DNA of 64,000 nt from Polyangiaceae bacterium (GCA_044376115.1 JBILLK010000028.1:64001-128000), one strand, 5' to 3'. Positions 52,124 through 62,660 are shown, counted from the first letter of the stretch. Numbers and translations are program-made. The notes: generated by a model not told the origin, from the sequence alone.

Positions 52124-53753
52124 GCACAACGTAAAGAGCGCACGGAACCCGCGGCTGCTGCTGCTTTGGGGTCCTCCCGCCGTTGGCAAATCGAGCGTTG
52201 GGCAGGCTCTGGCGAGCACGTTGGGCGCTGAGTTCATCGATCTCGATGACCGCATCGCGGAGCGCAGCGGCCTGCCACGTACGCAGCTTTTTGCCCGCGG
52301 GGAGCCGTTCTTTCGCGAACAGGAAGGCCTGCTGCTGCGCGGTCTGCTGCACGAGGATCACGGGGATCGCTACCGCGTGGTCGCCTTGGGTGGAGGCACG
52401 CTGGTCGATGAAGATCTGCGCTTTTCCGCGCTGACGCGCGCAACGGTGATCGCACTGACAGCGCCGCGAGGGGAGCTCGTGCAGCGGGCTGAAGCCGGTG
52501 GCCGGCCGCTGCTCGCAGGGGACGTGAAGGGCAAGCTCGCACGCTTGCTCGAGCTGCGGCGCGAGGCGTACAGCGCTGGGCACCTCGTGTTCGCGAGTGA
52601 CGCTGCGCCCGAGATCGTGGCGGCATCGATCGAGCAGACGTTGCGACTTGGCTTGCTACCGCTAACCGTCGATCGGCAGACAAGCTACTCGGTCGAGCTC
52701 TGCAACCGCGCGGTGCTGCGTCAGCGGCTCAAGTCCCTTTGCGACTGGCTCGCTCCCAGCTCGCTGACGGTGATCAGTGATGACGTGGTGGCGCCCCTCC
52801 ATCTGAACCCCCTACTTGAGGAGTTACGCGCTGACTTCACCGGCCCTGTTCGTTCGCTCGTTCGGCCCGCGGGTGAGACGCACAAGACCTTCGCTTCCCT
52901 CGAGCAGCTGCTCACCGAGCTGCATGAAGCCCGCATCGATCGGCGGGCCTTGCTGCTTGGTTTGGGCGGCGGCGTTACCACAGACATGAGTGGGCTCGCC
53001 GCGGCTTTGCTCTCGCGCGGCATCGCTTGGGTCGCCCTTCCAACTTCGCTCATGGGCATGGTGGACGCTGCCACCGGTGGGAAGACAGCCGTGAATCTCG
53101 GTGCTGCCAAGAACGGCGTTGGGATCTTTCACCATCCGCGAAGTGTGCTGGTCTGCACTGAATTCACTGAGACAGAAGAGGATCGCGCGGTGAAAAGCGG
53201 TCTCGCTGAGGTCGTCAAGTCGGCCTGCATTGCTGATGCGGCGCTCTTCGCTTGGCTCGAAACGCACGCGGCAGAGCTACGCGCTCGGGAGCCCGCGGCT
53301 TTGCAATACGCAACGCGAGCGGCCTTACGGGTGAAGGCCGAGCTCGTAGAGAAGGACCCGGCGGAGAGCGGCCCGCGCAGGTTGCTCAACTTTGGTCATA
53401 CCTTTGGTCATGCGTTGGAAGCTGCGACGCGTTACGAGCGCTGGTTGCATGGGGAGGCCGTGGCGCTCGGAATGGCGGTGGCCCTCGGAGTGGGAGCCGA
53501 GCTTGGGACAACGTCTCGAGCGGTGAAAACGCGTGTGCGACAGTTACTCACAGCGCTTGGGCTTCACTGCGGGGAGCCGCTTGCTTTGCCGCTAATTGAC
53601 GCTGCTATCGCTGAACTTGGGCGCGACAAGAAGAGCTTGGGCAACGCGGTTCAACTCATTGTGTTGCGTGACATCGGTACAGCCGAGCAGCGCGTTGTGC
53701 CGCTCGAGGAGCTGGCGACGTTGGTCAAAAAGGCAGCGCTGGAGCTCTGTTGA
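52116..53753 (+). CDS. aroB: Shikimate kinase / 3-dehydroquinate synthase fusion (AroK-AroB)
   Basis: N-terminal GPPAVGKS, DLD, GE..FR, ALGGG; C-terminal GE..K, GGGVTTD, PTSL..MVDA..GGKT, LNFGHTFGHALE, HGEAV, DKK. Confidence 0.95.
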   Translation: MTEHNVKSARNPRLLLLWGPPAVGKSSVGQALASTLGAEFIDLDDRIAERSGLPRTQLFARGEPFFREQEGLLLRGLLHEDHGDRYRVVALGGGTLVDEDLRFSALTRATVIALTAPRGELVQRAEAGGRPLLAGDVKGKLARLLELRREAYSAGHLVFASDAAPEIVAASIEQTLRLGLLPLTVDRQTSYSVELCNRAVLRQRLKSLCDWLAPSSLTVISDDVVAPLHLNPLLEELRADFTGPVRSLVRPAGETHKTFASLEQLLTELHEARIDRRALLLGLGGGVTTDMSGLAAALLSRGIAWVALPTSLMGMVDAATGGKTAVNLGAAKNGVGIFHHPRSVLVCTEFTETEEDRAVKSGLAEVVKSACIADAALFAWLETHAAELRAREPAALQYATRAALRVKAELVEKDPAESGPRRLLNFGHTFGHALEAATRYERWLHGEAVALGMAVALGVGAELGTTSRAVKTRVRQLLTALGLHCGEPLALPLIDAAIAELGRDKKSLGNAVQLIVLRDIGTAEQRVVPLEELATLVKKAALELC

Positions 53754-53914
53754 CGTTTGGTCAACGGCTTCCTTTCGATGACGCACGGAGACGTGGTGCG
53801 TTTAGCCTCGATCAAAGCTCCTCAAGCTTGGTTTGGAATTGTGTGATCGTTCGACGAACCTCAAAAATTCTGTAAAGTTCGCGCGCTCGATCCCCGTCGG
53901 TTCGGAGGTTCCCC

Positions 53915-55201
53915 ATGCGTATTGTCGTCCTTGCTGGTTCCGCGTTGTTCTCCACTGTGCTGCTCGCCATGACTGGCTGTGAGGTGGAGGAGTCACGACC
54001 TGTCGAGGCCGTCGTGGAGAGCGAAGCGGCGATCGTCGGTGGGACTCCGGACACCACGCACAAAGCGGTGGTTGCGTTGATCGACCAAGACCAGGGCGCG
54101 GGCTGCTCGGGCACGATCATCGCGAAGAGCGGCGGCACCGCGTGGATCCTGACGGCCGGTCACTGCGAGGGCATGGATTTCGCCCTACAGGCGGATGACT
54201 CGGAGGATTGCTTCGTTGGAAACAACCAGTGTGAGGCGATCTATGAGGTGGTCAATGACACGCCGCACCCGAACTGGAACGGGGATGCGGGTCAGGGTTA
54301 CGACTTCCGCGTGCTGCAGATCAGCGGGGCCGCTGGGGCGCCTGTCATTCCTGCCGCGACGAATCCGGACGGCGTCACGGTGGGCACGTCGATCGAAGCG
54401 GTGGGCTACGGCATCACCAGCGCCAACAACAACTCCAATACGCTACGCCGACGTGTTCTTGAGACGGTGGATCAGCTTGATTCGCTTTTGATCGTCGCTG
54501 ACCAGACGGACGGAACCGGCTCTTGCAGCGGTGACTCGGGTGGTCCCATTCTCTCCAACGGCAAGGTGGTAGGCGTCACCTCCTTTGGTGATCAGACCTG
54601 TCAGCAATACGGTGCCTACGGTCGCGTGCAGGCTGTATATGCGAGCTTCATCGCGCCGATCATCGGCCAGCAGGTGGAGCTCACCTGCGATGATTGCTTC
54701 CTCGCGGTGCAGTCGGGTGCATGCGAGTCGCAAGCGAGCGCCTGCGGCAACAGCCAACAGTGCAATGACCTGCTCACCTGCTTCGATGGCTGCTCCACCA
54801 ACGCCTGTTACAACGACTGCGCCAATCAGTACCCCACCGGCTACGATCAGTACGTTGCTTTCATCAATTGTGGTTGTGACGCCTGTGCCACCGAATGCGC
54901 TGCGGAGTGCGGTGGTTCCAGCTCGTCCTCTTCGTCGAGTTCATCGTCGAGCTCGAGCAGCGCGGCGGGCGGAAGCAGTGCTGGCGGCGGTGATGCTGGC
55001 GGCGCAACGGGTAACGGCGGTGCCACCAACGGCAGCGGCTCTTCCGAAGAGGCCGCGACCACCACGACCGGCGGCGGTGAGGATGATGGCGGAAGCTCTT
55101 GCAATGCCTCGGGTACCTCGAGCTCCACGCCGAGCCTGCTCAGCTTTGGGCTCGTCGGCCTGTTGCTCGGTGCGGTCGGCCGTCGTCGTCGTCGTGCCTG
55201 A
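53915..55201 (+). CDS. Trypsin-like (S1) serine protease lipoprotein with MYXO-CTERM-like sorting tail
   Basis: GGAGG SD; IVGG, CSGT, TAGHC, YD, GDSGGP; Cys-rich domain; GGSSC...TM...RRRRRA. Confidence 0.92.
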   Translation: MRIVVLAGSALFSTVLLAMTGCEVEESRPVEAVVESEAAIVGGTPDTTHKAVVALIDQDQGAGCSGTIIAKSGGTAWILTAGHCEGMDFALQADDSEDCFVGNNQCEAIYEVVNDTPHPNWNGDAGQGYDFRVLQISGAAGAPVIPAATNPDGVTVGTSIEAVGYGITSANNNSNTLRRRVLETVDQLDSLLIVADQTDGTGSCSGDSGGPILSNGKVVGVTSFGDQTCQQYGAYGRVQAVYASFIAPIIGQQVELTCDDCFLAVQSGACESQASACGNSQQCNDLLTCFDGCSTNACYNDCANQYPTGYDQYVAFINCGCDACATECAAECGGSSSSSSSSSSSSSSSAAGGSSAGGGDAGGATGNGGATNGSGSSEEAATTTTGGGEDDGGSSCNASGTSSSTPSLLSFGLVGLLLGAVGRRRRRA

Positions 55202-55210
55202 GCGTTCGCG

Positions 55211-55690
55211 GTGAGCCTGCTGACCTGCCCCGAGTGTCTGTGTTCTCCGCCGCAAGCGGGAACAGGGCCGTATCGGGTGCAGGCAGCCGATCCGCGTGGC
55301 AGTCACGGGAAAGACGCCCAGCGCGTGCCGCTCGATGGAGCCAAGCACGCCTCGGGCGTCGAGTGCTTTTGTTGCCCGGCCTGCAAGGGCGCCTTCCTCA
55401 GACACGGTGATCTGGTGCGTGTGGAGGTGGTGGCGCGCGAGTCCGGTCGCACGCTCGACTCGGCTGGCGATCAATTCCGTCGGTCGCGAGTCCGCGCGAT
55501 CGTCGCCGGCCAGAGTGAAGAGGAGCGCGCGTCACGCGATTGCCCCGCATGCGATCATCCGATGATCGAACGCGAGTGGGGCTTTGGCTCGATGGTGTAC
55601 GTGGACGTTTGTTTGGAATGTCGCGGCACGTGGTTGGATGCCGGCGAACTCGCGACGATTGAGCGCTACTTCGCAGGGCGATCGCGCTGA
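55211..55690 (+). CDS. zf-TFIIB-like double zinc-ribbon protein
   Basis: CPEC, CPACKG, CPAC...DVCLECRGTWLDAGEL. Confidence 0.82.
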   Translation: MSLLTCPECLCSPPQAGTGPYRVQAADPRGSHGKDAQRVPLDGAKHASGVECFCCPACKGAFLRHGDLVRVEVVARESGRTLDSAGDQFRRSRVRAIVAGQSEEERASRDCPACDHPMIEREWGFGSMVYVDVCLECRGTWLDAGELATIERYFAGRSR

Positions 55691-55712
55691 GTCAGCGGCC
55701 GACTGTTTGCGC

Positions 55713-56378
55713 TCAGTCGAGGGGCTTGTTGCCGATGAAGAGAATGTGTGTGCCACGACCGCCGGTGCGCGAGGCGACGCGCAGCACCTCGGTATGAAAG
55801 CCGAAGCGTCCGAGACGCGCTGCGTATTTAGCGTTCGGCCCCGCCGACCACACAGCGAGGACACCGCCCGGGGTGAGGGCTTGGTAGCAAGCCCGTGTAC
55901 CGCTGTCGTTGTAGAGACGCTGATTGCTCGCTTGTGAGATGGCCTCGGGCCCGTTGTCGACGTCGAGCAGGATCACATCGTACTGGTTGCGCGATCGAGC
56001 GATCACCTCGTACGCATCACCGACGATCACCGAACAGCGCGGATCGTCGAGCGCGTTGTCATGCAAATGGTTGAGCAGGCGGCGGTTCCAGTCGACGAGC
56101 TCCGGCACCAGTTCAGCCACGGTGACCTGCGCATCTGCTGGCAGTAGGTCGAGCGTAGCGCGCAGCGTGAACCCGAGACCCAGCCCGCCGACGAGCACGT
56201 GCTGGGGTTGGTCTGCTCGATCGATGGCCTCCTCCGCCAGCGATATCTCCGATTGGTGGACGCGGTTCGACATCAGCACGCGCTGATCGACGCGCACAAT
56301 CCAATCGTCGCCATGATGCGCGAGAGCGAACTCGCTCTTGCCCACACGTGCGGTCGCTACGGTCTCCCATTTGAGCAT
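55713..56378 (-). CDS. Spermidine-synthase-like SAM-dependent transferase
   Basis: LMSN...SE, VLVGGLGLGFTL, YDVILLDVDNGP, PGGVLAVWS. Confidence 0.88.
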   Translation of the reverse strand: MLKWETVATARVGKSEFALAHHGDDWIVRVDQRVLMSNRVHQSEISLAEEAIDRADQPQHVLVGGLGLGFTLRATLDLLPADAQVTVAELVPELVDWNRRLLNHLHDNALDDPRCSVIVGDAYEVIARSRNQYDVILLDVDNGPEAISQASNQRLYNDSGTRACYQALTPGGVLAVWSAGPNAKYAARLGRFGFHTEVLRVASRTGGRGTHILFIGNKPLD

Positions 56379-56489
56379 TGAGTTTCTCGGCTTGTAACGG
56401 CCGGTTATCCCGGCGGCTGCACCATAGCAGCGGCCTCCCGAGGTTCGCTGACTCTTGCAGCGCTTTTTGGTGCTCGCGATAGTGGATCG

Positions 56490-58424
56490 ATGCGGGGAGC
56501 GTTGGCGTTCGGGTTGGTGGTCGGGGCGGTGGGCTGTGGGGACGATGCTGGTACCGGGGGCGCGGGCCTTGGCGGCTCCGGGGGCCAGGCTGCTGTGTGT
56601 AGCGCCGATGCAGGTAGCGGTTCACTTGCGTTTGTCGACAACACAGTAGCCTGGAGTCTCGGCGCGATCACCGGCTCGCCGGGGAGTCAGGCGATCGTAG
56701 CGGCGGATATCAATGGTGATGGCTACCCCGACTTGGTGGTGCATGGCTTTGCCGATCGGATGCCGGTCGACCTCGAGGTTCCCTTCATCCGCGTGCTACT
56801 CAACGTGGAGGCGGCTGGTGGTGGGCGCACCTTCGTCGACTTCACCGCTGAGAGTGGCTATCCCGGCGCCGCCGACGACAGCTCCGCGGAGTTTCGCGCG
56901 GCCCATTTCGCTGCGTTCGGCGATCTCGACGCAGATGGCGACCTCGATGCGGTGAGCGCGACCTACAACTCGCCCAGCGCGCCTCTCGACGCGCCCAGCT
57001 ACGCGATCGATCGTACGCGCGTACTGCTCAACGATGGGCAGGGTCGATTTAGTTATGCGGCAGCTTCGGATATCTCGCCGGAGGCTGCGGCTGCGGTTGC
57101 TTCGGTTTCTCTCGCCGATCTCGATCTTGATGGTCGGCTCGATGTGTTCGAGTCGGTTTGGTACACGCGCAGTGGGAGTGGCTCGAGGCAGCCGGTCTTG
57201 TTCGGCAATGGCGACGGAACATTCGTTGATCGGACCAACGCGTACGGCGTGGATGGCGTTGCCTTTCGTCGCCCGGGCTTCGGTACCGCCGCATGTGATC
57301 TCGATGGCAACGGCTATCCGGAGCTATTGACGCAATCGTACGGGCGCCAGCCGAACATGCTTTGGAAGCTCGAGTCCGAGGGCTTCGTCGATCTCGGGGC
57401 CAGCTCGAATTATGCGTATGACGACAATCAGTCGTACGAGGACGATCAGGTCTTTCGTTGTTGGTGCCAGAGCAACGCTGATGATGCGCGTTGTGAGGGT
57501 GTACCCGGTCCGTCGATCAGCTGTGGAGCGGGCCTTCCAAGTTGGGTCTGGGGCGTCTCTGACCAGCCGGAGAACCTCGGCGGCAATACCTTCTCAACGG
57601 TCTGTGGCGATGTCGACGGGGACGGGCGGCTCGACCTCTTCACCGGGGAGATCACTCACTGGTGGGCGGGCCAGAGTTCCGACGCGACGAACCTACTGCT
57701 GAGAGCCCCAAGTGACGTGCTCAGCTTCGATCGGCAGGACCGTGCGCAGCTCGGACTCGAGTGGGTTCACACAAGCAGCTCCTGGGACGAGGGCGGCCTC
57801 TACACCAACATGGCCGACTTCGATAACGATGGGCGTTTGGATCTGGTGGTGGGCGCCTCGGATTACGTCGATCAGTATTTGATGCTGTTCCATCAGCGAG
57901 CTGACGGCAGCTTCGAGGAAGTCGCCACCGCTGCCGGAATCGATCACCCGTGCGCCTCATCACCCGTTGTGGCCGACTTCGACCGCGACGGAGACCTTGA
58001 TCTCGTGGTGGGAGGAAGTTTGGCTCGAGAGTTCTGCAACCAGGCGTGGGGCGGAACCGCAACCGTGCCGGGCGAGCCGGAGGTGCGCCTTTATGAGAAC
58101 CGCAGCAGTGAAGGCGCGCGCGGGTTTGGGGTTCGGCTTCGTGGGGACGGCGTGACGAGCAATCGCGATGGCATCGGCGCGCAAGTCACGGTGGTAGCTG
58201 GTGGACGCGCCCAGATGCGGGAGCTCAACGCGGGGCATGGCCATTTCTCGATGCAAGACGACACCGTCCTATTCTTCGGCGTCGGCAACTGCGAAACGGT
58301 CGAGTCGATTGAGGTGCGCTGGCCAACCTCGACGCTCGAGATGCAACGCTTCGAGAACGTTCCGATCGGCGTGTTGGTGGAGATCGTGCAGGGCGAGCAG
58401 AGCGTTGTAGCGATCGCGCCGTAA
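56490..58424 (+). CDS. CRTAC1-like FG-GAP repeat / ASPIC-UnbV lipoprotein
   Basis: Lipobox AVGC; seven DxDxDGxxD repeats; NRDGIGA.V...LFFGVG...IEVRWP. Confidence 0.92.
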   Translation: MRGALAFGLVVGAVGCGDDAGTGGAGLGGSGGQAAVCSADAGSGSLAFVDNTVAWSLGAITGSPGSQAIVAADINGDGYPDLVVHGFADRMPVDLEVPFIRVLLNVEAAGGGRTFVDFTAESGYPGAADDSSAEFRAAHFAAFGDLDADGDLDAVSATYNSPSAPLDAPSYAIDRTRVLLNDGQGRFSYAAASDISPEAAAAVASVSLADLDLDGRLDVFESVWYTRSGSGSRQPVLFGNGDGTFVDRTNAYGVDGVAFRRPGFGTAACDLDGNGYPELLTQSYGRQPNMLWKLESEGFVDLGASSNYAYDDNQSYEDDQVFRCWCQSNADDARCEGVPGPSISCGAGLPSWVWGVSDQPENLGGNTFSTVCGDVDGDGRLDLFTGEITHWWAGQSSDATNLLLRAPSDVLSFDRQDRAQLGLEWVHTSSSWDEGGLYTNMADFDNDGRLDLVVGASDYVDQYLMLFHQRADGSFEEVATAAGIDHPCASSPVVADFDRDGDLDLVVGGSLAREFCNQAWGGTATVPGEPEVRLYENRSSEGARGFGVRLRGDGVTSNRDGIGAQVTVVAGGRAQMRELNAGHGHFSMQDDTVLFFGVGNCETVESIEVRWPTSTLEMQRFENVPIGVLVEIVQGEQSVVAIAP

Positions 58425-58430
58425 TCGCCA

Positions 58431-59123
58431 CTACTCGGTCGGTGGATCGGTGTTGCGTGCGGTCTCCAGCTTGGCCTTCGGCGTAACCGGGTCCACTTCG
58501 CGAGAGCCACCGTCGATCGCGTCAACGATGTACACGATCGGGCTAGCGAGGAAGGCCGTGTCCACTTGCAGCGCCAGGACGAAGGAGCTCTGGCGTCGAT
58601 CGTCCAAGCCCACGCGCGCTTGTGCGACGAGTCCGAAGGACATGACGTAGCCATCGCTGTCGTAGCTGCGGCTTCCGAAGAATAGCGTGCTGGCTATGCC
58701 AGCCTGGGCGTCGAAGTCGTCGTCCGCAACTCGAACGTACGGGCCTACCGAGAGCACCATCGGAAAGGTGTCGAGCACCGGCAGCAGCAGCGAGACGCCG
58801 CCACCGAGCGCAACGTCGTCGAAGGCCTGCGAAAGCGCCTCGAGATACGGCCCGACACCGAAGTCGCGTGTACCAGTACGGCCGAATAGAACGTCGCCAT
58901 GGAACCCGACGTGGAAAGCGGGCTCTTCAAATACCTGGGCGTGCTGCCCGCGCGCCGCGACGCCTGCGACCAAGCCAACACTCGCCTGCGGCTCGGCCTG
59001 AGCGAAGGCTGGCCAAAGCAAGCTTACTGCCAGACTCAGGATCGCCCCCACGGGGCATCCCAGCTGGGAACAGGCCCTGGGCGGGGGCCGTTCCTCGATT
59101 TTCCGCTGCTGGGCAAGAGTCAT
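58431..59123 (-). CDS. Exported, probable outer-membrane beta-barrel protein
   Basis: Signal segment ending AFAQA, then alternating amphipathic strands. Start 59123 or 59051. Confidence 0.65.
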   Translation of the reverse strand: MTLAQQRKIEERPPPRACSQLGCPVGAILSLAVSLLWPAFAQAEPQASVGLVAGVAARGQHAQVFEEPAFHVGFHGDVLFGRTGTRDFGVGPYLEALSQAFDDVALGGGVSLLLPVLDTFPMVLSVGPYVRVADDDFDAQAGIASTLFFGSRSYDSDGYVMSFGLVAQARVGLDDRRQSSFVLALQVDTAFLASPIVYIVDAIDGGSREVDPVTPKAKLETARNTDPPTE

Positions 59124-59181
59124 TCGGTTCACTGCATCCACCGTCGATGGAGATGACGCGCCTCGTGGTAGCATGCCCGAG

Positions 59182-59490
59182 ATGGCAGCACGCCCTGTTG
59201 AGCTACGCGTTGGGGGACAGTCCTATCGTGTCGTCTCATCTGCGAGTGCCGAGGATCTAGAGCGCCTCGCCACGGTGGTGGACGAGAAGCTTACCTCGCT
59301 GGTTCCCCCTGGAAAGCCCCTCAGTCCTCAGAGCCTGCTGTTGGTCGCCATGGCGCTCGCACACGACGTCGAAGTAGAGCGCGCAAAGGCCGAACGGGTA
59401 CGTTCTCATTCACGGTCTGCCTTGCGCACGATGCTAGGCGAGGTGGAGGAGACCTTGGCGCTTGCCGATCAGGCCCTTCCACGGACCTAA
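59182..59490 (+). CDS. zapA: Cell division protein ZapA
   Basis: VELRVGGQSYRV...LERLA..VDEKL...LLLVAMALA then a coiled coil. Start 59182 or 59173. Confidence 0.88.
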   Translation: MAARPVELRVGGQSYRVVSSASAEDLERLATVVDEKLTSLVPPGKPLSPQSLLLVAMALAHDVEVERAKAERVRSHSRSALRTMLGEVEETLALADQALPRT

Positions 59491-59492
59491 CG

Positions 59493-60602
59493 TTGAGCGG
59501 GATGAAGTTCCTGACGGAGGAGCTCGAGTCGCTACGAGCTCAGAATCTGCTTCGGGAGACGGCTGCTACACCACCGGCCGGTTTGGTGCTTTGCTCGAAT
59601 GACTACCTTGGGTTAGCCGAAGTCCCAGCCACTCGAGCCGCGGGGCTACCCGGCGGTTCTGGGGCCGCAGCCTTGGTAACCGGCTATCACGAGGCTCATC
59701 GGGTCGCCGAAGCTGCGTTGGCGGAGTGGGTCGGGCTACCAGCATCGCTGCTGTTCAGCTCGGGCTACTGCGCCAACGTTGGGGTCGTCAGCGCGTTGGC
59801 CGGCCCGCCCGACCTCGTGCTTTCGGATCGCCTCAACCACGCCTCGATCATTGACGGCTGTCGCCTTTCGCGCGCGACAGTGCAGGTGTTCGAACATTGC
59901 TCGCTGGACGACGCCACCCGTCAGCTCGAACAACAGCGCTCAAAGTTTCGCCGTGCGTTCGTTGTCACTGAAAGCTACTTCGGCATGGATGCAACCACCG
60001 CCGATCTTCGGTCGCTTCGGGCGTTGTGCGATCGTTACGACGCCGCTTTGATCGTCGATGAGGCTCATTCGCTCGGCGTGTTTGGCTCAGAGGGCGGGGG
60101 GCTTTGTCGGTCGGTGGGAGTCGTTCCCGACGTTCTGATTGGTACGCTGGGCAAGGCAGTAGGCCTTCATGGTGCGTTCGCGGCTGGGCGCAAAGAGCTC
60201 CGGACCTTTCTGTGGAATCGCGCACGCAGCTTTGTGTTTTCGACCGCAACCAGTCCGGCCTCGGCGGCTGAGATTCCTGAGCGGGTCCAGCTTGTGCGGG
60301 CGGCGGACGACCGGCGCAGGGATCTGCTGGATTGGTCAGCCGAGATCCGCACTGTGCTGGCTAGCGGCGGACAAGAGGTTTTTGGAGACGGGCCGATCAT
60401 TCCCTGGATCTTGGGCGAGGCCACGTCAGCCCTCGCTGTTCAGCGGCGACTCCTTGAGCAGGGTGTCGTTGGGCTCGCCATCCGACCTCCGACGGTCCCG
60501 CTTGGGCAGGCCCGGGTTCGGCTTGCAGCTCGTGCAGGGCTCACTCACGAGCAACGTCGGCTCGCCCGTCAGGCGTTGACGATCGTCGCGCAGACCGGTT
60601 GA
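59493..60602 (+). CDS. bioF: 8-amino-7-oxononanoate synthase
   Basis: CSNDYLGL, FSSGYCAN, SDRLNHASIIDG, DEAH, GTLGKA, FVFSTA, IRPPTVP. Confidence 0.92.
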   Translation: MSGMKFLTEELESLRAQNLLRETAATPPAGLVLCSNDYLGLAEVPATRAAGLPGGSGAAALVTGYHEAHRVAEAALAEWVGLPASLLFSSGYCANVGVVSALAGPPDLVLSDRLNHASIIDGCRLSRATVQVFEHCSLDDATRQLEQQRSKFRRAFVVTESYFGMDATTADLRSLRALCDRYDAALIVDEAHSLGVFGSEGGGLCRSVGVVPDVLIGTLGKAVGLHGAFAAGRKELRTFLWNRARSFVFSTATSPASAAEIPERVQLVRAADDRRRDLLDWSAEIRTVLASGGQEVFGDGPIIPWILGEATSALAVQRRLLEQGVVGLAIRPPTVPLGQARVRLAARAGLTHEQRRLARQALTIVAQTG

Positions 60603-60883
60603 CGGCGCTACAGCACCCGCAACGGTTATCGGCTCGTCGTGCCTGTGAGGCTGCACGTCGGTGCCGGTGTACAACTGACGCTGGTTCGATGACCAGCGTT
60701 ATTTGCGCTTTGGCTGTTGTCGTTTTGAGGCCGACGATGTCGTGGCCACGTTACGGCTGCGGCTTTCCACGTGGCTCGCGCGTTGGTTCACGTGGTGGGA
60801 GGGAGGGTTTTGAGGTGCTGCGGGAGACGGCACGCGAAAAGGCTGGGCCTCGGTACTCGCGCGGGCGCGATCCGGCGGTGTTG

Positions 60884-61377
60884 CCGTTCCCGAGCCCTCC
60901 CAAAATCACTGCCAGGGTCTCAATAATTGACGCGACCGACCCGGCTCCGGCCTGAGGGCCCGCCCCGCTGCCTCGATCCTGCGTTCCAAAATCACTGCCA
61001 GGGTCTTAACAATCCGGCTCCGGCCCTCAGGGCCACTCCCACTGCCTCGATCGGGCGTTGGCCCCGTTCCCAAGCCCTCCCAAAATCACTGCCAGGGTCT
61101 TAACAATCACCCCGGACATCCGGCTCTAGCCCTCAGGGCCACTCCCACTGCCTCGATCGGGCGTTGGCCCCGTTCCCAAGCCCTCCCAAAATCACTGCCC
61201 GGGCCTTAACAATTGAGCGGCTGACCCGGCCCCGGCCCTCGAGGCCCCGCCCGCTGCGTCGGTCGGGCGTTGGCCTCGTTCCCCTGTCCCCGAGATCGTA
61301 GCCAAGGGTCTTAACAATTGAGCCTCGAGGGCTGGGGCCGCCCCGCCCGCTGCGTCGATCGGGCGTTGGCCTCGTTC
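60884..61377. repeat. Non-coding tandem array of five imperfect ~86-106 bp units
   Basis: Core CCAAAATCACTGCCAGGGTCTTAACAAT at 60900, 60986, 61080, 61186 and (degenerate) 61290; second shared block CTGCCTCGATCGGGCGTTGGCC. Confidence 0.92.
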
Positions 61378-61395
61378 AGTCCGGCTTGGGCTAAC

Positions 61396-61411
61396 TGTTT
61401 CACGTGAAACT
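61396..61411. promoter_or_regulatory. parS-like site
   Basis: TGTTTCACGTGAAACT, 15/16 to the parS consensus TGTTTCACGTGAAACA. Confidence 0.88.
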
Positions 61412-62323
61412 GATCGTTGGTCTTCTCCTGGCAGCTCGCCTCATCGCCCGACACTTTTCTACGTCGCGGTCGAACCGGATGCATCGCGAGCGCGGCAACT
61501 CTAGAACGCGCGTAGCCACAACCGTGACCCTATTAGCCCGGTTCGCGACTCAGCACCGACTTCGCTCACCCCAGGACGCAACGCCAACCACGAGCCGCCG
61601 CCCCGGACCTAGCCATCAATCAACCGCACAACCATGATGTCGACACCGCGTCCCGTTGACACGTTCAACGGATTCTCACGGGAGGTCGATCTGACACGGG
61701 GCCGGGGACTCCTCGGAACGAAGCGCGTAACCGTTTTTAGCTGGAGGCGGTTCGGAGCCTCTTCGCGGTAGAGCGACAACGGCACCACCTCGAAACTAGT
61801 GAGCTAGAACCGTTCGACAACCGGGCAAGGCGATAGCTTTGTTGGCCCGTAAGGCACACCCCGCGTCGGAATCCCATCCGTGGCCCACCCCACTGCGCAA
61901 AGGTGCGCTCGACCAACTAACCCTATTGCTGGTCGAACGGTGTGCGCGCCAATCCCAGGGCACCAGCATTCCGCGCTCAAACCAGCTTGAACGTATTCAC
62001 AAGAATCTCGCTGAAGCTTGCCTGTACGTCGCTCTATCAGTCGTCGTGCTTCCACCAATACGAAGCTGCTGAACCGTTCTGCTCAAGCCCAAGCCACGAC
62101 ATGAGCGGTCTGCTGAATCGCCAGCCTCCGGCAACCAACGGTATCCGATTATCACCCAAGGTGGATGCAGTTGGCAGAATGACTCGAAGTCCCTGCGCGG
62201 GAGCCGGTCTGAGGTCCCAAAGGCCATCGACTTGGACGAGATATCAGATCGAATGTCGACGCAATGACGCGAGCTCGAGTGGAAGACTCCGCGGAGGTCT
62301 CCGGAGCGCCGAAGGCACGAACT

Positions 62324-62488
62324 AATGACTCGAGCCTTCTTCCGAAGAACCGGTCGATGGCCCCTTTGAAACTTCTAGTTTGGCACGAGTGATTCCGCTG
62401 AAGGCGGATGCAGTGGACAGAATGACTCAGGCCTTCTTCCGAAGAACCGGCCGATGGCCCTTTGAAACTTCTAGTTTGGCACGAGTGA
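62324..62488. repeat. Direct repeat, 2 x ~68 bp
   Basis: AATGACTC..GCCTTCTTCCGAAGAACCGG.CGATGGCCC(C)TTTGAAACTTCTAGTTTGGCACGAGTGA at 62324-62392 and 62421-62488. Confidence 0.92.
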
Positions 62489-62644
62489 ATACTCTGCCTC
62501 GGTACTACTCTCGTTCGGGATACGTGCGACCGAAACGGTCGGATTCTTGTTGCCCCCATACGACTTCTAGCTGCCGCGAATTGCACCACCGCTCCGACGC
62601 CCTCCTAACGAAAACCCCGTACGACTTGCCTTCCACAGTGACGC

Positions 62645-62660
62645 TGTTTCACGTGCAACA
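62645..62660. promoter_or_regulatory. parS-like site
   Basis: TGTTTCACGTGCAACA, 15/16 to consensus. Confidence 0.75.

Noticed and set aside
53778..53802. Hairpin ACGCAC...GTGCGT after aroKB as an intrinsic terminator
   Set aside because: Short stem, long loop and only a brief T-tract; not supportable.
59490..59500. 6S RNA (ssrS), often found downstream of zapA
   Set aside because: Only 2 nt separate zapA from bioF, and no 6S-like long hairpin was recognised nearby.
60884..61377. CRISPR array
   Set aside because: The inter-repeat segments are 58-78 bp and homologous to each other rather than unique spacers, and there are no cas genes in the window.
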